Source: Epiperipatus broadwayi (Eukaryota > Animalia > Onychophora). From it: a stretch of DNA of 64,000 nucleotides. Under the pieces are notes generated by a model. The model worked only from the letters and a program-made list of their open reading frames with translations. It had not been told where the DNA came from and did not search any database. The stretch lies in contig JAQFVV010000009.1 of NCBI GenBank assembly GCA_028023455.1, positions 1,054,001-1,118,000 on the forward strand, in the 5' to 3' direction. Below are positions 1-13,393 of the stretch, piece by piece. The position numbers and the translations under genes are program-made. Positions within the stretch are counted from its first letter, which is position 1. Each line of letters begins with the position of its first letter.

Positions 1-704
1 GATATATATATATAATTCTTGTTTTAGTTGCTTCAATTTTTTATATAATATTGATTTCTCATTTCCATTTATTATTATTTATTAAAAATTGTATTCTTGA
101 TAATATATAATCTTCTTATTTTCTTTTTGCTGTCTGTGTAACAAAAAAAATATTATAAAAACTACTATATGTTTATTCTTTTTTATTATTTTATTTTACT
201 GAATAGCCATAACAAAAAAATCCCATTGTTATTTTTTGCATAAGAGTATTGGTATGTTAATATAGATTTTAAAAGCTTTCTTTTGGTTTGCTTACTGTTT
301 TGAGATCTGTGTATCAATAATATATTGGGCTATTGGAAAAATTGTCACTGTTATTGCATTTTGATAGTTCTTTCTCAAATGTTGAACAGATATATATGTA
401 TTTGTTTTAGAAACAAATTGAACTAGGAACTTTTGTTTACTCGTGGTTTACTTTTTTCACTAGATACGCAAGAACTTTTTATTCCAGGATTCTTATTAAC
501 TAAAGATTTTTAAAAAAAATCTATATATATGTTAATGTTTTTTTTTAGTTTGCATATGGTAAGAAAATTATTTATAAATGATTCATCATAAATCTGATGC
601 TAAAGTAACTTTTTAAAAATATTTTATATAATTAATCTTTGTAAATATTTTTCAATGTTAAACATTAAATTGTTATCAAAAAAAAATGTTATTATATATT
701 CTAG

Positions 705-947
705 GCTCATAATATAGGATTAGCATCAACTTCAAAAAGACCAAGTCGCAAATATCGTAGACGCCCTAGTAAAATTTTAAATAATTTTGCTCGTCGCAAG
801 AAAACTTACATTTGGCTTGAAACACATCTTTGGCATGCAAAGAGATTCAAGATAGAACCATTATGGGGCTATAAAATTCCTATACATTCACATGATAAAA
901 GTAGTCGAGCCACTTACAGAGCTGTTTCTGAACATGCTTTGTTGCAG
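705..947 (+). CDS. POP1: POP1 coding exon A (first exon in the window; upstream exons are outside it)
   Basis: AG acceptor at 703-704 and GT donor at 948. Translates to AHNIG...RRRPSK...WLETHLWHAKRFKIEPLWGYKIP...ALLQ. WLETHxWHAKRF is the hallmark of the POP1 N-terminal domain. 243 nt, phase 0-0. Confidence 0.95.
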
Positions 948-2829
948 GTACATATCCGTGTTTGTGTGTGTGTATATATATATATGAATACTTGTAGACT
1001 CCAATAAAAAACACATTAAATTATTTTTAATGACAAATGGAACATAGTAACAGATGAAGAATAATTATTTAAAACAGATTGATTACCAAAAAAGATATAC
1101 TCAAAATGCATGCTCATCTGTTGATGATAAAATTTACCATATGAATCTGCTATGCAGAGATATTTTAGATATTATGAGTTAAATCATATAGCACAGATAA
1201 AAGTCCTTGGTGGTCAAAAGTCTCTAAGAATTAGGTACAAGATTAGTTTAATCCATCTTGTATTTATTTGCAAAAGTTTAACTGGGTAGTTCTTAGTAAC
1301 CAATGTATTCTGAAATTGTAAAAGAAAGGGTTGTTATAACCAATTTATTTTTAATTTTTTTCAGGAAAAGTTATTTTCACATAGGCATGTCCTTTCTTTA
1401 TCAGCTCTCAAAGAAAGCAGATTGATTCCTCTGTGAAATTTTTTTTGAATATCCATGCAGATCTTTATTAGGATTGCAGTAAGAATCAATGTGGAATTCG
1501 ATTAAAAAGTTGAGGATGAAAATAACATATTTCAGATTGAAACCTTTAAGTAATGAGTGATATGTTATAAAATGAGCGTAATCAAAATACTTCTAATGAT
1601 CATTTTATATAAAAATAAAAGGACCAAAACTATTACAATAATTAATTTAATATTGAATTCTGAGGATAAATTTTTCATAAACAATAATAATAATAATTGA
1701 TAGGGATTCTTGCTCAGGAGTTTATAAGAATTTCAAGCACTGGAAATGACAATGCTGGACACAATCCTAAGCTGTAGAATCTTCTACTCTCATACTGCAC
1801 TAAACAACACAGGGCAAAACAATTAGAATTAAGCTAATGCCAGTTTGCTGCGGATTCCAAGGCTTCTAATCAGATGTTTCTAGATCATTCTGAATTTTTC
1901 CAAAATATTTTGTCATGGAAATTTGAATCATATTTTTGCAAACTAACATTAGTTTAGTAGTGTTTGTATTTAAATCTTTAAACAATGCTCAAATTACTTG
2001 TTGGTGTCTACATTTGTATTATTTCTACATTAAAGAAACAAAAATAGAAAATAATTTTGAAGGACTATAAAGATTTTAGTAAAGTAAAATAGTCTGTCAA
2101 CAGGGAAAGTTAAAATTTAGTAGTAATAAAATTAAAATGAGAGTCAATTCTTCAAATAATAGAATCAGTACTGCACTTTTTCTAACATGACTGATAAATC
2201 TATAATTAAAATTAAATGAATAGAAAGGTGATTTCATGTAAACCACCAAAACAGTAGAATGTTTTTACGTATTTAGATATTTTCCATAGCTATGATTTCT
2301 TCAGTTATCAGTATTCTCATAATAAATTATCTAAATTCAAAAACTTAGATATTTTCTAAAACATAGCTAATATATTTTAAATAATTGATAACAAATAATC
2401 TTCTTATATATGATAAGTTACATATTGTTTTTTTAAAATTCTTTTATAAAAATTTTATTAAATCCCACATTTAAAAACTATAACAAAGTGAATCTGTAAT
2501 ATTATAAGAATCTTAAGGCACTCTCACCAGCACTTAATTGGGAAGCTGTAGAATTTTTTTTAAAACAAAGCAAACTATATGTTAAATATGAAAAGATTCT
2601 TTTAACATGATTTATTGATTAAAATTCTGTCTATTTAATGGAAGATAAAATTAATAGTAGAAACCACAGGAATTAGCATATCATTTGCATTGTAATTTTT
2701 TTTATCACCATTTTGCTATTTAATTATAGCCAATTGTAATATTTCTAATAAATTTGCTCATGCATATCTCAATAATAAAAAACTTCTATATTGAAAAATA
2801 AAAACATAAACAAACTAAATTGTTGTAGT

Positions 2830-3250
2830 GGACAGTACTAAGAATTCCAATGAACTGTATTATTTAGTAAATAAAATGAACATGGTTAGATTACATATGC
2901 TTCTAATAGTTATTTTGGTTTGTTATAAATATGATGACCAAAAAAAGAAAGATAAAAGTGATATGACACATTGCTATCAATGTAAATGTCATCATCAAAA
3001 GAACAAATGGCATCTTCTCAAGTCATTAGAATATTTAAATTTGAATACTAATGAGACAGTCTACAAACAACGAAGACATTCTAATTAACTCTTCACAGTC
3101 ATTATTATGGTGCACCTCACAAAAATGCATTAGACTTAAAAAGCCTAAAATAAGGATTAATTATTTTTTATATGAATGTATCTTATTACCAATATATTGT
3201 TATTTTAAAGATAACAAAGTATCACTGATTAAAACTATAGAAGAAAAATA
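2830..3250 (+). mobile_element. Possible decayed pogo/Tigger-type transposase fragment
   Basis: Broken ORFs 2828..3088 and 3051..3251 contain NLNTNETVYK and RLKKPKIRI, faintly like pogo N.DETGLFYK and K.RIT. No TIRs identified. Confidence 0.25.
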
Positions 3251-3992
3251 AATTTTTTTTCATTTTGAATATTATGACAGATACTCTTTATTTAGATAAA
3301 ATCATCAATTAAATTTAATAACTTATTCCTATATTAAAAATATAAAGTATAGATTGTTTTTTCATTTGATGTGTGATTGTAAAGATTATTTTAAAAACTA
3401 TTTACAATGAATATTAAATTGAAACTGGAATTTTTAGCCTCACAATTCAAAGGATTGATCTACAGAATATTTTAAATGCTATATGTAAAGAATTTATTTT
3501 AATTAATTTTCAAAAACTCAGATGCTTTATTAACCAATGATGAAAGAAAAACATTCAGCAACTTTTATCTTGAATGATTAGAATGTGAATCAGTTAAATA
3601 TCTTAGTAGCTTATTTATATAGAAAGTGCTATTGCTGCATTTAACAAATTTAAAATATCTTTTCCACATTCCTGATTTCAACTCCACTGTATTGCAAATA
3701 TCTACCAACGTAGAATCTCTGACTATCCTCTTTTACTTTGCATGCATTTTGTGAACAACCTTTGCTTACCAGATGAATTAGTGGTATTAAATGCTTAAAT
3801 CTCAATGTTAACAGCCTGATAATTCTTCATTACATTATTCTCATGCAAGGTAGGGACTTTTTTTTATTCGCTTAGGTGGATAATTATTGGAGAGATATTT
3901 TAAATTTTTTGGGTTTTTTTATCAGTACATCCATTATTTCAATTCTACCATATCACAACCATCCCCCAGCACAGAAATCGATCCCATCCTCT

Positions 3993-4038
3993 CCCATTAT
4001 ACATACATTTCATGAACAACCTTTATTCATCAAATGAA
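3993..4038 (-). ncRNA. Degenerate type I hammerhead-like motif
   Basis: Minus strand reads UCAU UUGAUGA AUAAAG GUU GUUCAU GAAA UGUAUGUA UA AUGG. Stem I pairs, C3 is changed to U and stem II is partly mismatched. Confidence 0.35.
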
Positions 4039-5344
4039 ATGCATATATCAAACACCTGAATCTCCATATTTCAACAAATTATTTGTTTATTAGATTGGGG
4101 TTGTTGTTTTTTTTGTCAAATGTATTGAATGGAAAGAAAATATGGAGTCCATATTGATGCAAGGTAAAGGCATTGGAAAAATTCTATGTAAGATTGTTTT
4201 TTAATATTTTGAAAATGTGATGATATTTTGTCTGTATTATAAGAACAGATACATTTTTATCAGAATGGCCACTGAGGCAGATGAAAAATAACAGACTTTT
4301 TACAATATTGCAGTAAATTTGAGCATGGTTTTAAAAGTAGATCCAAATGCATTAAAAAGGTTATTTCTAAAATATTCTTTAAGGAGTTAAATATTGATAG
4401 CTTTCATTAGAATATGACTGAGGGCAGAATATAATGAAGAGTTATAATTACTCAATGTGTTAAATTTTTCAGAAAGAAAAATTTCCTATAGAAATGGTTA
4501 AAAATCAGCATTGCAAAATATCAAATAAGCAAACTAGTATGTAATATATATGAATTTATTTGGTTTAGAATTAGTTTATAATTATCGCAAAATTCATTTT
4601 TAATTTTCTGTTCTACTTTTTGTTTTTCACCCCCCTCCCCCAGAATGAGTATGGTCATAGATAATCATTTTTGTCAATTGACATTTACATATATTGCCCT
4701 ATGGGTTTACTTTTGTGTTTTTATATATGAATGTATACAAACAATTGAACATTTAAATATCTGCTATCAATTCACTGTATAAATAAAATACCACATTACA
4801 ATAATTTAACACCCAAATTCTGAATTGTAAACCATGACAGTATAAGGATCACTAGACTGATTTATAGGAAAAACCCCTTCATCAGTTTTGTCAGGCAATC
4901 ACAATAATTGTTATTACACAAATCAGAATAGTCTTCAATATATATTGTACTTACTGATTATAAAAACATCACATTTAATAATTATCTGTGTGTTATTCAT
5001 TTTTCATGTTTTCATTTAAAAAATAAAATCTTAATATAAATCTATTATAATTTTATTATTGGAGATGTTTGAGAGCTGGGCTTATTTGGCGGATGGAACT
5101 TCCTTGAAAGTAGTTCTTACAAGTCTTGTATTGTCATAGTTTATAATTTAAAATTAGCTATTATATGTAACATCTAATATTTTATGTTCAATAATATTAA
5201 TATAATCTATGTACTTTATTACTTTTACATTGCTCATTGCTTTTTAAATTCACAGAGGGGTGATAAGATGGTGTTTAAATGCTATGATTCTTATTAATGT
5301 ATTAAATACAATATGTAGGTTGTTTTTTTTTATAATTTTTGCAG

Positions 5345-5432
5345 GATATTTCATATTATAATTGTATTGAACTATCTGGTTCACAACAAATTCTTTTAAA
5401 TGGCTTGACAAATCTTACAAGTCCTGAAACAG
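5345..5432 (+). CDS. POP1: POP1 coding exon B
   Basis: tttttgcag acceptor and gtaagc donor. DISYYNCIELSGSQQILLNGLTNLTSPET(G) matches the POP1 DxSYYxCxEL segment. 88 nt, phase 0-1. Confidence 0.92.
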
Positions 5433-8400
5433 GTAAGCAATTACTTGTATTTAATCAAATGCTTATACATTTGTGTAGAGATGACAAAAACAATCCAGAT
5501 TTTGCTGTCTAGATTTTGCCTCTCTTTCTTTTTCCCCTCTCACTTTTCATCGTCTCTCTCATATAGTTATATAATGTGATATTTAGAATTTTATTTATAC
5601 AAATTAAATATATTTACCCAAAATGTCATTTTATTTTGCTAAGCCCTAATTGCACTTTTATGCAGAAGATATTGTCATAAGTAGTTTACATATACAATAT
5701 TTACAATTTCTTTGATTTTAAATAATGCAAATCATAGAAATAAAACAAATACATTTCAGTATTATACTAAATGCATAATGATAGATACCTAAATGTATAA
5801 TAAATTTTCCCTTCATTTGTATATGTAACTGCTTCGTTACACATAAACATACATAGGCTAAAAAATTTATATATATATAAATATTTGTGAGGAGTTATCA
5901 ATTTATAATTAGAAAGCTCTTTACTAGAATAGTAGCCAATCAAGATTAATTGCCCCAGACCAAGAATGAAAGTAAAATTGTCAGACTATTGCATTCAAAA
6001 GGAGAATTCTCTTTTGAATGCCATTCTTGATCTAATATAGAAACCAACATACAAATATTTCCATCTAAACATCCATTAAAAATATATTATAATACTTAAC
6101 CTACCAGTAGAGGGATTTAATACAATAAGTAAGAAAATTGAAAAGTATACTATGGTTTGATTTCTTATACCTATATATGTAAACAATAATGCTTTGTTTC
6201 TGTATTAGTTCTTTTGAATGCAATACCCCAACAATTTTACTTTCACACTTAGCCTGGGGCAGTTAACTTTGATTAGTTCCTAACCTAAGAAAAAAGTTTT
6301 CTAATTTAATAATTATAGTTGGATTATTCTACACAAATATTTCCATCTAAATATTCATTAAAAATATAATACATTGTAGTCATGTGGCTACATTGCTGTA
6401 TTAACAAAAATAGTTTGCAACATGCTTTTTAAGTTTAGAGTTAATTAGTTCCATGGGGAAATAGTATTTAATTGTCCTATATGGTTTTTTTTTTAAGAAT
6501 AAAGGATATTTAATTTTTTTTTTTGTCTCGTCATATGATACTATCAGAATTTTCAGATATGTTAAACCTAAGTTTAATATTTAAAATGTATTATAAGTTA
6601 CAAAGGGTTGTAAGAGAGAGAGAGAGAACTATAAAATCAGATAAATAATTTCTTTTGTTCTCTCTCTTCAATAATTTTACTTATTTCCCAGTTTAATTTT
6701 TAGTTTTGAAAATTACTGAGAGAAAAAAACTTTTTCTTCAATAAATTATTATTATTATTTTTTTATTTTAATATTAAGAGGATAAAGTAAATAAAAATTT
6801 ATATGCTCAAAGTTTTTTTTTATACATAAGAAAAGATCTTTTAACAATTTGATAAATTTTATTTTTATTAAGAAAAGTTTTTTTTTTTTGTAAATTCTTT
6901 ATTTCTCTCCAAAAGGAAATAGCTAGTGTGATTAATTTGATTATCTAGTTTTTTTTGGGCAAGAAAAGTTTTTTTAATTAAAAGGGAATGTCAAAAAACA
7001 TTTTAATATTTTGACTTGTTTTCCAATCTCAAGTGTTGAAGGAGGGAAATAGTTGAACAATTGTTTTTGTCAAAATTAATCTAATTGGTAATTATTAAAT
7101 TTTGTCATGTAGGAGACAAGATTGTGATTGGTTGAAGGCAGGTTTGTTCCAAAAATAGGAGGATGAGTCAATCAATTGATCTCAGTGTCTTTTAAGAAGC
7201 AAGTCCTGACCCAACTGTTGAAGAGGACAATAAGTTCTAAGCCAGCTGTTAAAGAAGACAGTAGGAGGAAAAGTTCTAAACTAACTGTTGAAGACAGCAG
7301 GAGAATTTAGTTGTGTAAAGCAGTCTGTGGGTTTAGCAAAAATGTTTTCTTAGATGAGTAGTTCTAAGTTTAGCTAAAAGTTAAACATCATCTTCCTCCA
7401 TATAACCTGCTTCACTGAAAATAAAAAAAATGTAAAGAAGATACCTCTGAAGTAATTTCCAACCTTGTCTCCAACCAAGAGCATAAGTGTCTATATGTTA
7501 GCTTGACCTGGAAATTTTATTGGAAAGTGGATGAATTCTTCCTGTTTAGTAGTCTTCTATTGTCCACAATCTTCTATTGTCAAGTAGAAAGATTTATTTA
7601 CAGTAATCTAGAAGTGAAAGGCCTTCAAGAAGAAAACCTACTTGGAAACACTGAGAATTATAAATGCAAAGAAGGACTCTCAAGAAAATTAAAACCATGG
7701 TAGAAGGTTTTGTTTTAATTTTTATGTGGACATTATACTCTCATGTAGAGATAAAAAAATTTATAGCAATGAATAATTCTAATAGGATGAAATTTTGTGA
7801 AACATTTTTTTATTCATGTGATTTTTTCCCTTTCAAAATTATAGTTTTTTTAAAAAATAATTTAATTTTTCTTAAATTTGACATATTTTTTTTCTCTTCC
7901 ATTGGATTTATTTTTCTCCAAAATTATACAAAGAGTTAAGCTAATTTAAAATGCCCTTATTTCTGACTACATTGAAAAGATGTTTTTCAATTTTTACTTA
8001 TTGGAAAGGAAGCAATTTAAGGAAATCATAAATTAAGTAATTAATGAATGAAATCAACTGGTTAATCATTTTTGCTATATGCAATTATATTTTTGATAAG
8101 AATGTATAAATTTGAATTATGTTTTCATGTCATTTTTTAATTATTTTTTTTATTAATCAGTTAGTTTATTAAATAATTGTTTAAAAATATGTTCTAGAGT
8201 TAATGTCTTTATTCTTTCAACTATCTAATCTATGAATTGGCAGTGTATATGGCTTGATTTCAATACAGCTTAGAGTTTGAGGGATTGTTTTCAAATTATC
8301 TCAATAAAGTTATTTTAAAATAAATTAGAATAAGCTGTTATATTTATTTATTTCTTGCTCACAGTAGCAGTTCATGAAGTTGTTATAACCTGAGCTAGAT

Positions 8401-9499
8401 TAGAGCATAATGGTTAGTTAAATGGATGTAGGGACTTATGTTTGTGTTTGACATCCAAAATACATTTACTGCATTTGTTTTTTTATTAGAAATTAAGTTT
8501 ATAGTTGACCTGTACACTAATGGTACTATATGGCCAGGGCATTGATGATGATCAGCATGTATCTGTACTCCAGCAATATTTTTATTATTATTCTGATATG
8601 TGTGCATCCAAAAAAGAATTGTGTTATATTTTACCCTGAGTTTGGCAGTGGCTACATAAATAGCCTGTTTTATAAAGTACGTTCTTTAAATCCATTCTCA
8701 GAGCTGACTATTGATTTTATGTTTTTTGACTGTTCTTTGTTCATTGCTGGTGAGTTTTTGATTTAATTATTCATCTGTAATTCTGGATATCACCTTATGG
8801 TGTTGTTCATGCTGATTCTCTACTCATATCCACTGTATTCTATATTCATTCTATTTGCATTTTGTTTTTGTGAATGTGGAGATAGTTATCTATTAAATTA
8901 ATGTATTTTCTTTTTCTTTAATATAATTTTTAGTTTGATTTTTTATTTTCCGATAATGTAAGTTTTTCAATTCAATAGGTAAATTATTGAATAATTTGTG
9001 AACATGGATTTTTTAAAATTTTGACAGCCAGTTTATACTTTACACACTTAAATGCAGATTATTTTCTATCATTTTTTATAAACACATATTGTGAGAGTCC
9101 TACATTCTTGAAATAAAAAAAGGACTACTTGCTGTTGGCAACTATGGGACAACTCAAGTGCCAGATAGTGATCTCTTCATTTAGGAAACAATAAAATTAT
9201 TTCAAATTAACATCAAGAGTACATCAAAATTAAAAATGTGATCCTCTACACATTAATTGTTCAATACAATGATAATGTAGTTGGACTTTGGGAGACTCAA
9301 TATTTTTCTAATAGTGCATGTCATTTTAAATTACTGGATTTACATTAATTATTAAATGCATTGTAAACATGGTATGGATATTTTTATTTCAAAACATCTT
9401 ATAAGGCAAACAATTTTTATTGAATGTAGTTCAAATGATATTGCAATCACAATTCAAATAGATAATTTTTATGTATGCAATATTTACAGATGTTCCACT

Positions 9500-10896
9500 A
9501 CAAATTGACCCTACCCTTCTCTTTTATATCTTGCTAAATCTGTAGATCTCAATTTGGATAATAGTCTTAGAGGATTGTATAAATGAATATCAAGCAGATT
9601 GCCAACTTTTGGAATGGATAGGTTTAAACAACATGCATTTGTTTTATGATATCAAGCAAAGAGCAATATTCCATTCGGGCAGATGGAGAACAGAAACAAC
9701 CGATCTATATTTTGTTTCACTAAAAAATGGTTTACCATTATCTGCTGAACTACTGATACTGTATTATTTCTGTTCTAAGATGGAATTCAAGAAAAACTAA
9801 CTGGACTCTATATATTAAATATATTGAAAAGAATATTAATAGAATCACTCCAATTTTTTATTATTATGATAGGTTTGAAAAACTTATAATAGCTGTTAGA
9901 GAGTTCATCCTTTGTGGATATCAAATGCAATTCATTTTGGGTTAGAGCAAAATCAGTAATAATTTTTGTAGCCACTACTTGTTATAAAAAAATTGCTAAC
10001 AAACTTTGAAAATCAACAGATGAAGCCAGAAAAGAGAAATGACAAACGTTTATAGAAAAGTAAAAATTTATAATATTTAATTGTAAAGAATGGCCTCTTT
10101 TGTGAAAGCTTAATGAATATAAAAGTGTCTCTCAAAAAAGTAGTACCATTATACCTAATCAGATAGTCAATCTTTTATGTCGGATTTCTAAATTCAAACT
10201 TGATAGAGTGAGATAAAAGTATCATTAAAGCAGAATTGCAAGTTTCTCTTTCACAATGTTCAATTAAGTCAATCTGATAAAATCTGTAGATGTTGATGAA
10301 CTTAAACTTGTCCTTGATTATTTTAAACTAAGAAAGGTTCTATGAGCAGATAGCATACTTGGTAGAGTTTCTAAAAAATTTAAAATCTAAAGCTAAAGTA
10401 CACAAACATATGTGGCATAAAAGTAAATAAACCTAACACTGATCCAAAAAATTGTTCCAATATCATTATTACGTGTTTTCTAAGAGCTTTTTGAAAGAAT
10501 CATATTTATTAACAAGAATTTTGCCAATGGTTGAGAGTTATCTATTTAGAGAGCAAGCTGGAGTTAGGTTAGGAGGAAGCTTTTGTGAACAAGTTTTTAT
10601 CTTTAATAACTCATTTTGAAAAAAAAAAAGATCACAATGTAGAAAATTCATCTATATTGATATTACTTTAATTCAGGATATGAAAAGATAGTAAATCTTT
10701 TTCAAAGACTATAATCTTATTTCCTAATCCAATAAAGGGTGTATTTTCAATTTTTTATCTTAACAAAGAGATTCCTCTTGTAATCTGAATATAACCTTTT
10801 GTAACAAACGACTGAAACACAATCCTATCCCATGTTATTAGGAGTAACTTGGGATTATAGTTTAAGTTATTTTCATTATTTATCTAAGATTAGATC
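9500..10896 (+). mobile_element. Ingi/Vingi-like non-LTR retrotransposon, 5' part (APE end and RT, decayed)
   Basis: ORF 9609..9800 gives EWIGLNNMHLFYD..IFHSGRW..DLYFVS. RT remnants include EQAG at about 10550 and RLKHNP...LGVTWDYSL at about 10810-10865. The element is interrupted at 10896 by the LTR element. The clade is assigned from remembered motifs and the 5' limit is approximate. Confidence 0.65.
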
Positions 10897-11647
10897 TGCT
10901 GTGTTCTGAGGGTCTCTAAAGACTAGTCAGGGGACTAAATAAAGTCACAATATACTTTGAAATGTATATAACAAATAATAATGTGGTAAAACAACATAAA
11001 AAGATAATAGTCCATTAATATTCATATGCTGTTTATTTTCCTCCAGTGAAAATAGTCTTGTTCCATACCAGGAGTAATCCAGTTATTAAGTGTTTGTGCT
11101 TTCAAATCAAATGTCTATTGAAACACAAATAAGCATATCTAATTTCACATGTAGAATAAATTATTAACTTTCACAATATTAATGCTTAGTTCCGCGCACC
11201 CAATTTATATGTTATATATTAATCATCTCTGTTTCCAATTTGTCTCTTGCTGTATGATAAACTTTAGTTAATTACTCTTCGCTGGTCAATACACAAACAA
11301 GTAACTGCTTCTTGCTTGCCTAGTCCACTATTGACCATTCTTTACTGCTGATCTGTTATCACTTCAAATCAACATTAACTTTACTCCAGTCTAACCATTT
11401 TAACTACTTTCTCCCTCTTATTCACTTACCGGGGAATAAATATATACGATCTAATTTGTATTCAACTAGCTTTATTAACATACAAATTCTATTCTAATTT
11501 AATCCATAATTTTGGGATGACCTCTCCAGCGAATTTCTAGAGTAATTTTTCAATAAAGAGAATGTTAGTAAAATGAAGAAATCTATGCATATTTACAAAA
11601 ATAAATCTTTTATTTACATATACAGTTTTATATGCGCAGACATTTCA
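10897..11647 (-). repeat. 3' LTR (about 751 bp)
   Basis: Aligns end to end with 13394..14203, from tgctg/atgt..ctgag..gtctctaaaga to gcagacatttca. Roughly 80-85% identical by eye. Confidence 0.88.
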
Positions 11648-11657
11648 CTCCTACTCT
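11648..11657 (-). promoter_or_regulatory. Polypurine tract
   Basis: AGAGTAGGAG on the minus strand, directly before the TG of the 3' LTR. Confidence 0.65.
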
Positions 11658-11919
11658 AGAAATATCGACTTAATTTGATACTATATCTTTAAACTTTGTC
11701 AGGTGGATTACTTTTACGTTTACACGGAGTTTTGACAATAACTTTCTTTTTTTTATCTTTTGAAATAATTCCGCCATTATTTTCCTCCCTTACAAACATT
11801 TGTTTGTCATCAATTACTTTAACTTGGTTCTGAATCTGTAATTAAATCCTCCAATAAAAAATCTTTTTTTTTAGTTCTTCCTCTTAAGATTTATTTAGAT
11901 GAATATGTGGCAAGGTATC

Positions 11920-12560
11920 CTCATTACAATGGCAAAGGTGTTTAACATGTTTTTTCTACTCCCAACCATTCTGTAATTTTTCTATTCTTATATCCTTTGA
12001 TATTACTTTGACTATTTCACCAGGTGTCCATTTACTATTAATTAAGTCACGTATCCATGTTTTTTCTCCTACTAGGAACTTGTCCCAATTTTTTATCTTC
12101 ATTATTTTTACAAGTTGGTGGTACTAGCTTTGCTAATTGAGTCCAAGGAGTACTAGATTTTTTTCCACCCAATTTACTACACCTGCACTACCAGTATTTA
12201 AAGTTCTGGGGTTTAACAACTTATTATTCACATTTACATGAATACCCTGTGGTCGGAAGCAATTTCTTCCTACCAATGGGCTGAAATTTTTATTTACTAC
12301 TTAAAGTGTCTGCCATTTAATACCAGAAACTAATTTTACAGGCACTACCTTTTTTTCCTCGAATATCAATGTTTTAGTCATTTATATCTATAGCTATCAC
12401 ATCTGTATCTTGAAGTATTATCTTCCTTTTACCTTTTTGATAATTTTAATCCAATAATCTCAGCGAGATATCATTGACAGACCGTCTCCTCTATCCAATT
12501 CCATTTTTAACTGTTTGACCACAAATAACTACTTCTAAAAATTTGTGGTCCATATCTTTG
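11920..12560 (-). pseudogene. Protease remnant (about 12400-12560) and integrase C-terminal remnant (about 11920-12090)
   Basis: The frameshifted KFLEVVICGQTVK/MELDRGDGLSMIS resembles the retropepsin DTG motif. VGEKTWIRD..KWTPGEIVK...KHVKHL resembles the Gypsy integrase tail. Confidence 0.65.
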
Positions 12561-12587
12561 TCCTTCAGTCTCTTTATACTAAGATTT

Positions 12588-13337
12588 TCATAAATTTAAT
12601 CTGTCTTCAGATTTATGATCCGGTTTTACGAAATCAATAGCTCTGCCCTTCTTAAAATGACCTTTTTTGTCACAGTTTCCGCAATTTTTATTTCTATGTT
12701 TACACTTATTTTTAAAATGTCCAGGTTTACCACAACAATAGCACTTTCTCTCTTTTCTATCACTATAGGGTTCTGTAATAAGTTTCGCTACTTCTTGATT
12801 TATTAGTGAAACTTTCCTCAACTGCTGTGGTTCCATAAACTCCAATGTATTAATTTGTAAAGCTTCTTGTGTGGCACATTTCTTCACAGCTCTTTTATAA
12901 CTTAGGTCAGGGTCGCTGAGCAGTACTTTTTCAGAAAATTATCCTCTATGCCATATAGGAGTTACATTTATTCCCAGACTGAAATCACAGTGTTTAACCA
13001 GCTTCCTTAGAGCTAAATTATAGTCCATGTATTTTTCATGTGATAGTTCTTTTCAGTTCTCAATCGCAGCTGTGCTACCCATTTTGATACTCTCAGAGTG
13101 AAATATCCATTTAAAATTTCTACAACTTCATTATTTGGATGTTCATGTGGACATTTGAGACCAGTAAGTCTATTTGCAATCTGTATAATATCTTGACCTG
13201 AAAAATAGAGAAAGGGTCAGATGCTCATCTTCCACTTCATTTATAAACATATAATATTTTATGTGTTGTACATAACTTTTCCATGAGTCCATATTGATTA
13301 TATCGAATTCATGGATTACAGAACTTAGTGCCACCAT
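12588..13337 (-). pseudogene. gag remnant with two zinc knuckles
   Basis: ATG at 13337 (MVALSSVIHEFD..DSWKSYVQH), then ALRKLVKHCDF. ORF 12588..12887 has CYCCGKPGHFKNKC and CGNCDKKGHFKK. Frameshifted. Confidence 0.8.
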
Positions 13338-13371
13338 ATTTTATTATTCACAGTAGAAGTTATCCTGTGTT

Positions 13372-13391
13372 GAATCCTGTCGACTGCGCCA
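13372..13391 (-). promoter_or_regulatory. Primer-binding site, tRNA-Ser type
   Basis: TGGCGCAGTCGACAGGATTC lies 2 nt after the CA end of the 5' LTR. It is complementary to the ...GAAUCCUGUCGACUGCGCCA type 3' end of animal tRNA-Ser. Confidence 0.8.
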
Positions 13392-13393
13392 AC

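Noticed and set aside
4850-4895. Minus-strand CUGAUGA AGG..CCU AUAAA UCAG UC, resembling family A
   Set aside because: GAAA is absent and stem I does not pair.
7088-7480. Three loose about 35-40 bp repeats (aactgttgaag..aagttctaa) and a 9-bp inverted pair ggagacaag/cttgtctcc
   Set aside because: Not a CRISPR array (eukaryotic context, variable repeats, no regular spacers). Possibly a solo LTR or MITE, but the ends and TSD could not be defined.
8540-8610. ATGATGA...CTGA, C/D snoRNA-like boxes (a similar pair lies at 51920-52055)
   Set aside because: No convincing terminal stem or recognisable rRNA-complementary guide, and the boxes are common by chance.
7503-9800. Short ORFs in this span, representative of the many 60-100 aa ORFs across the track that are rich in F, I, L, K and N
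   Set aside because: Expected by chance in very AT-rich introns. There are no recognisable motifs apart from those assigned to transposons.
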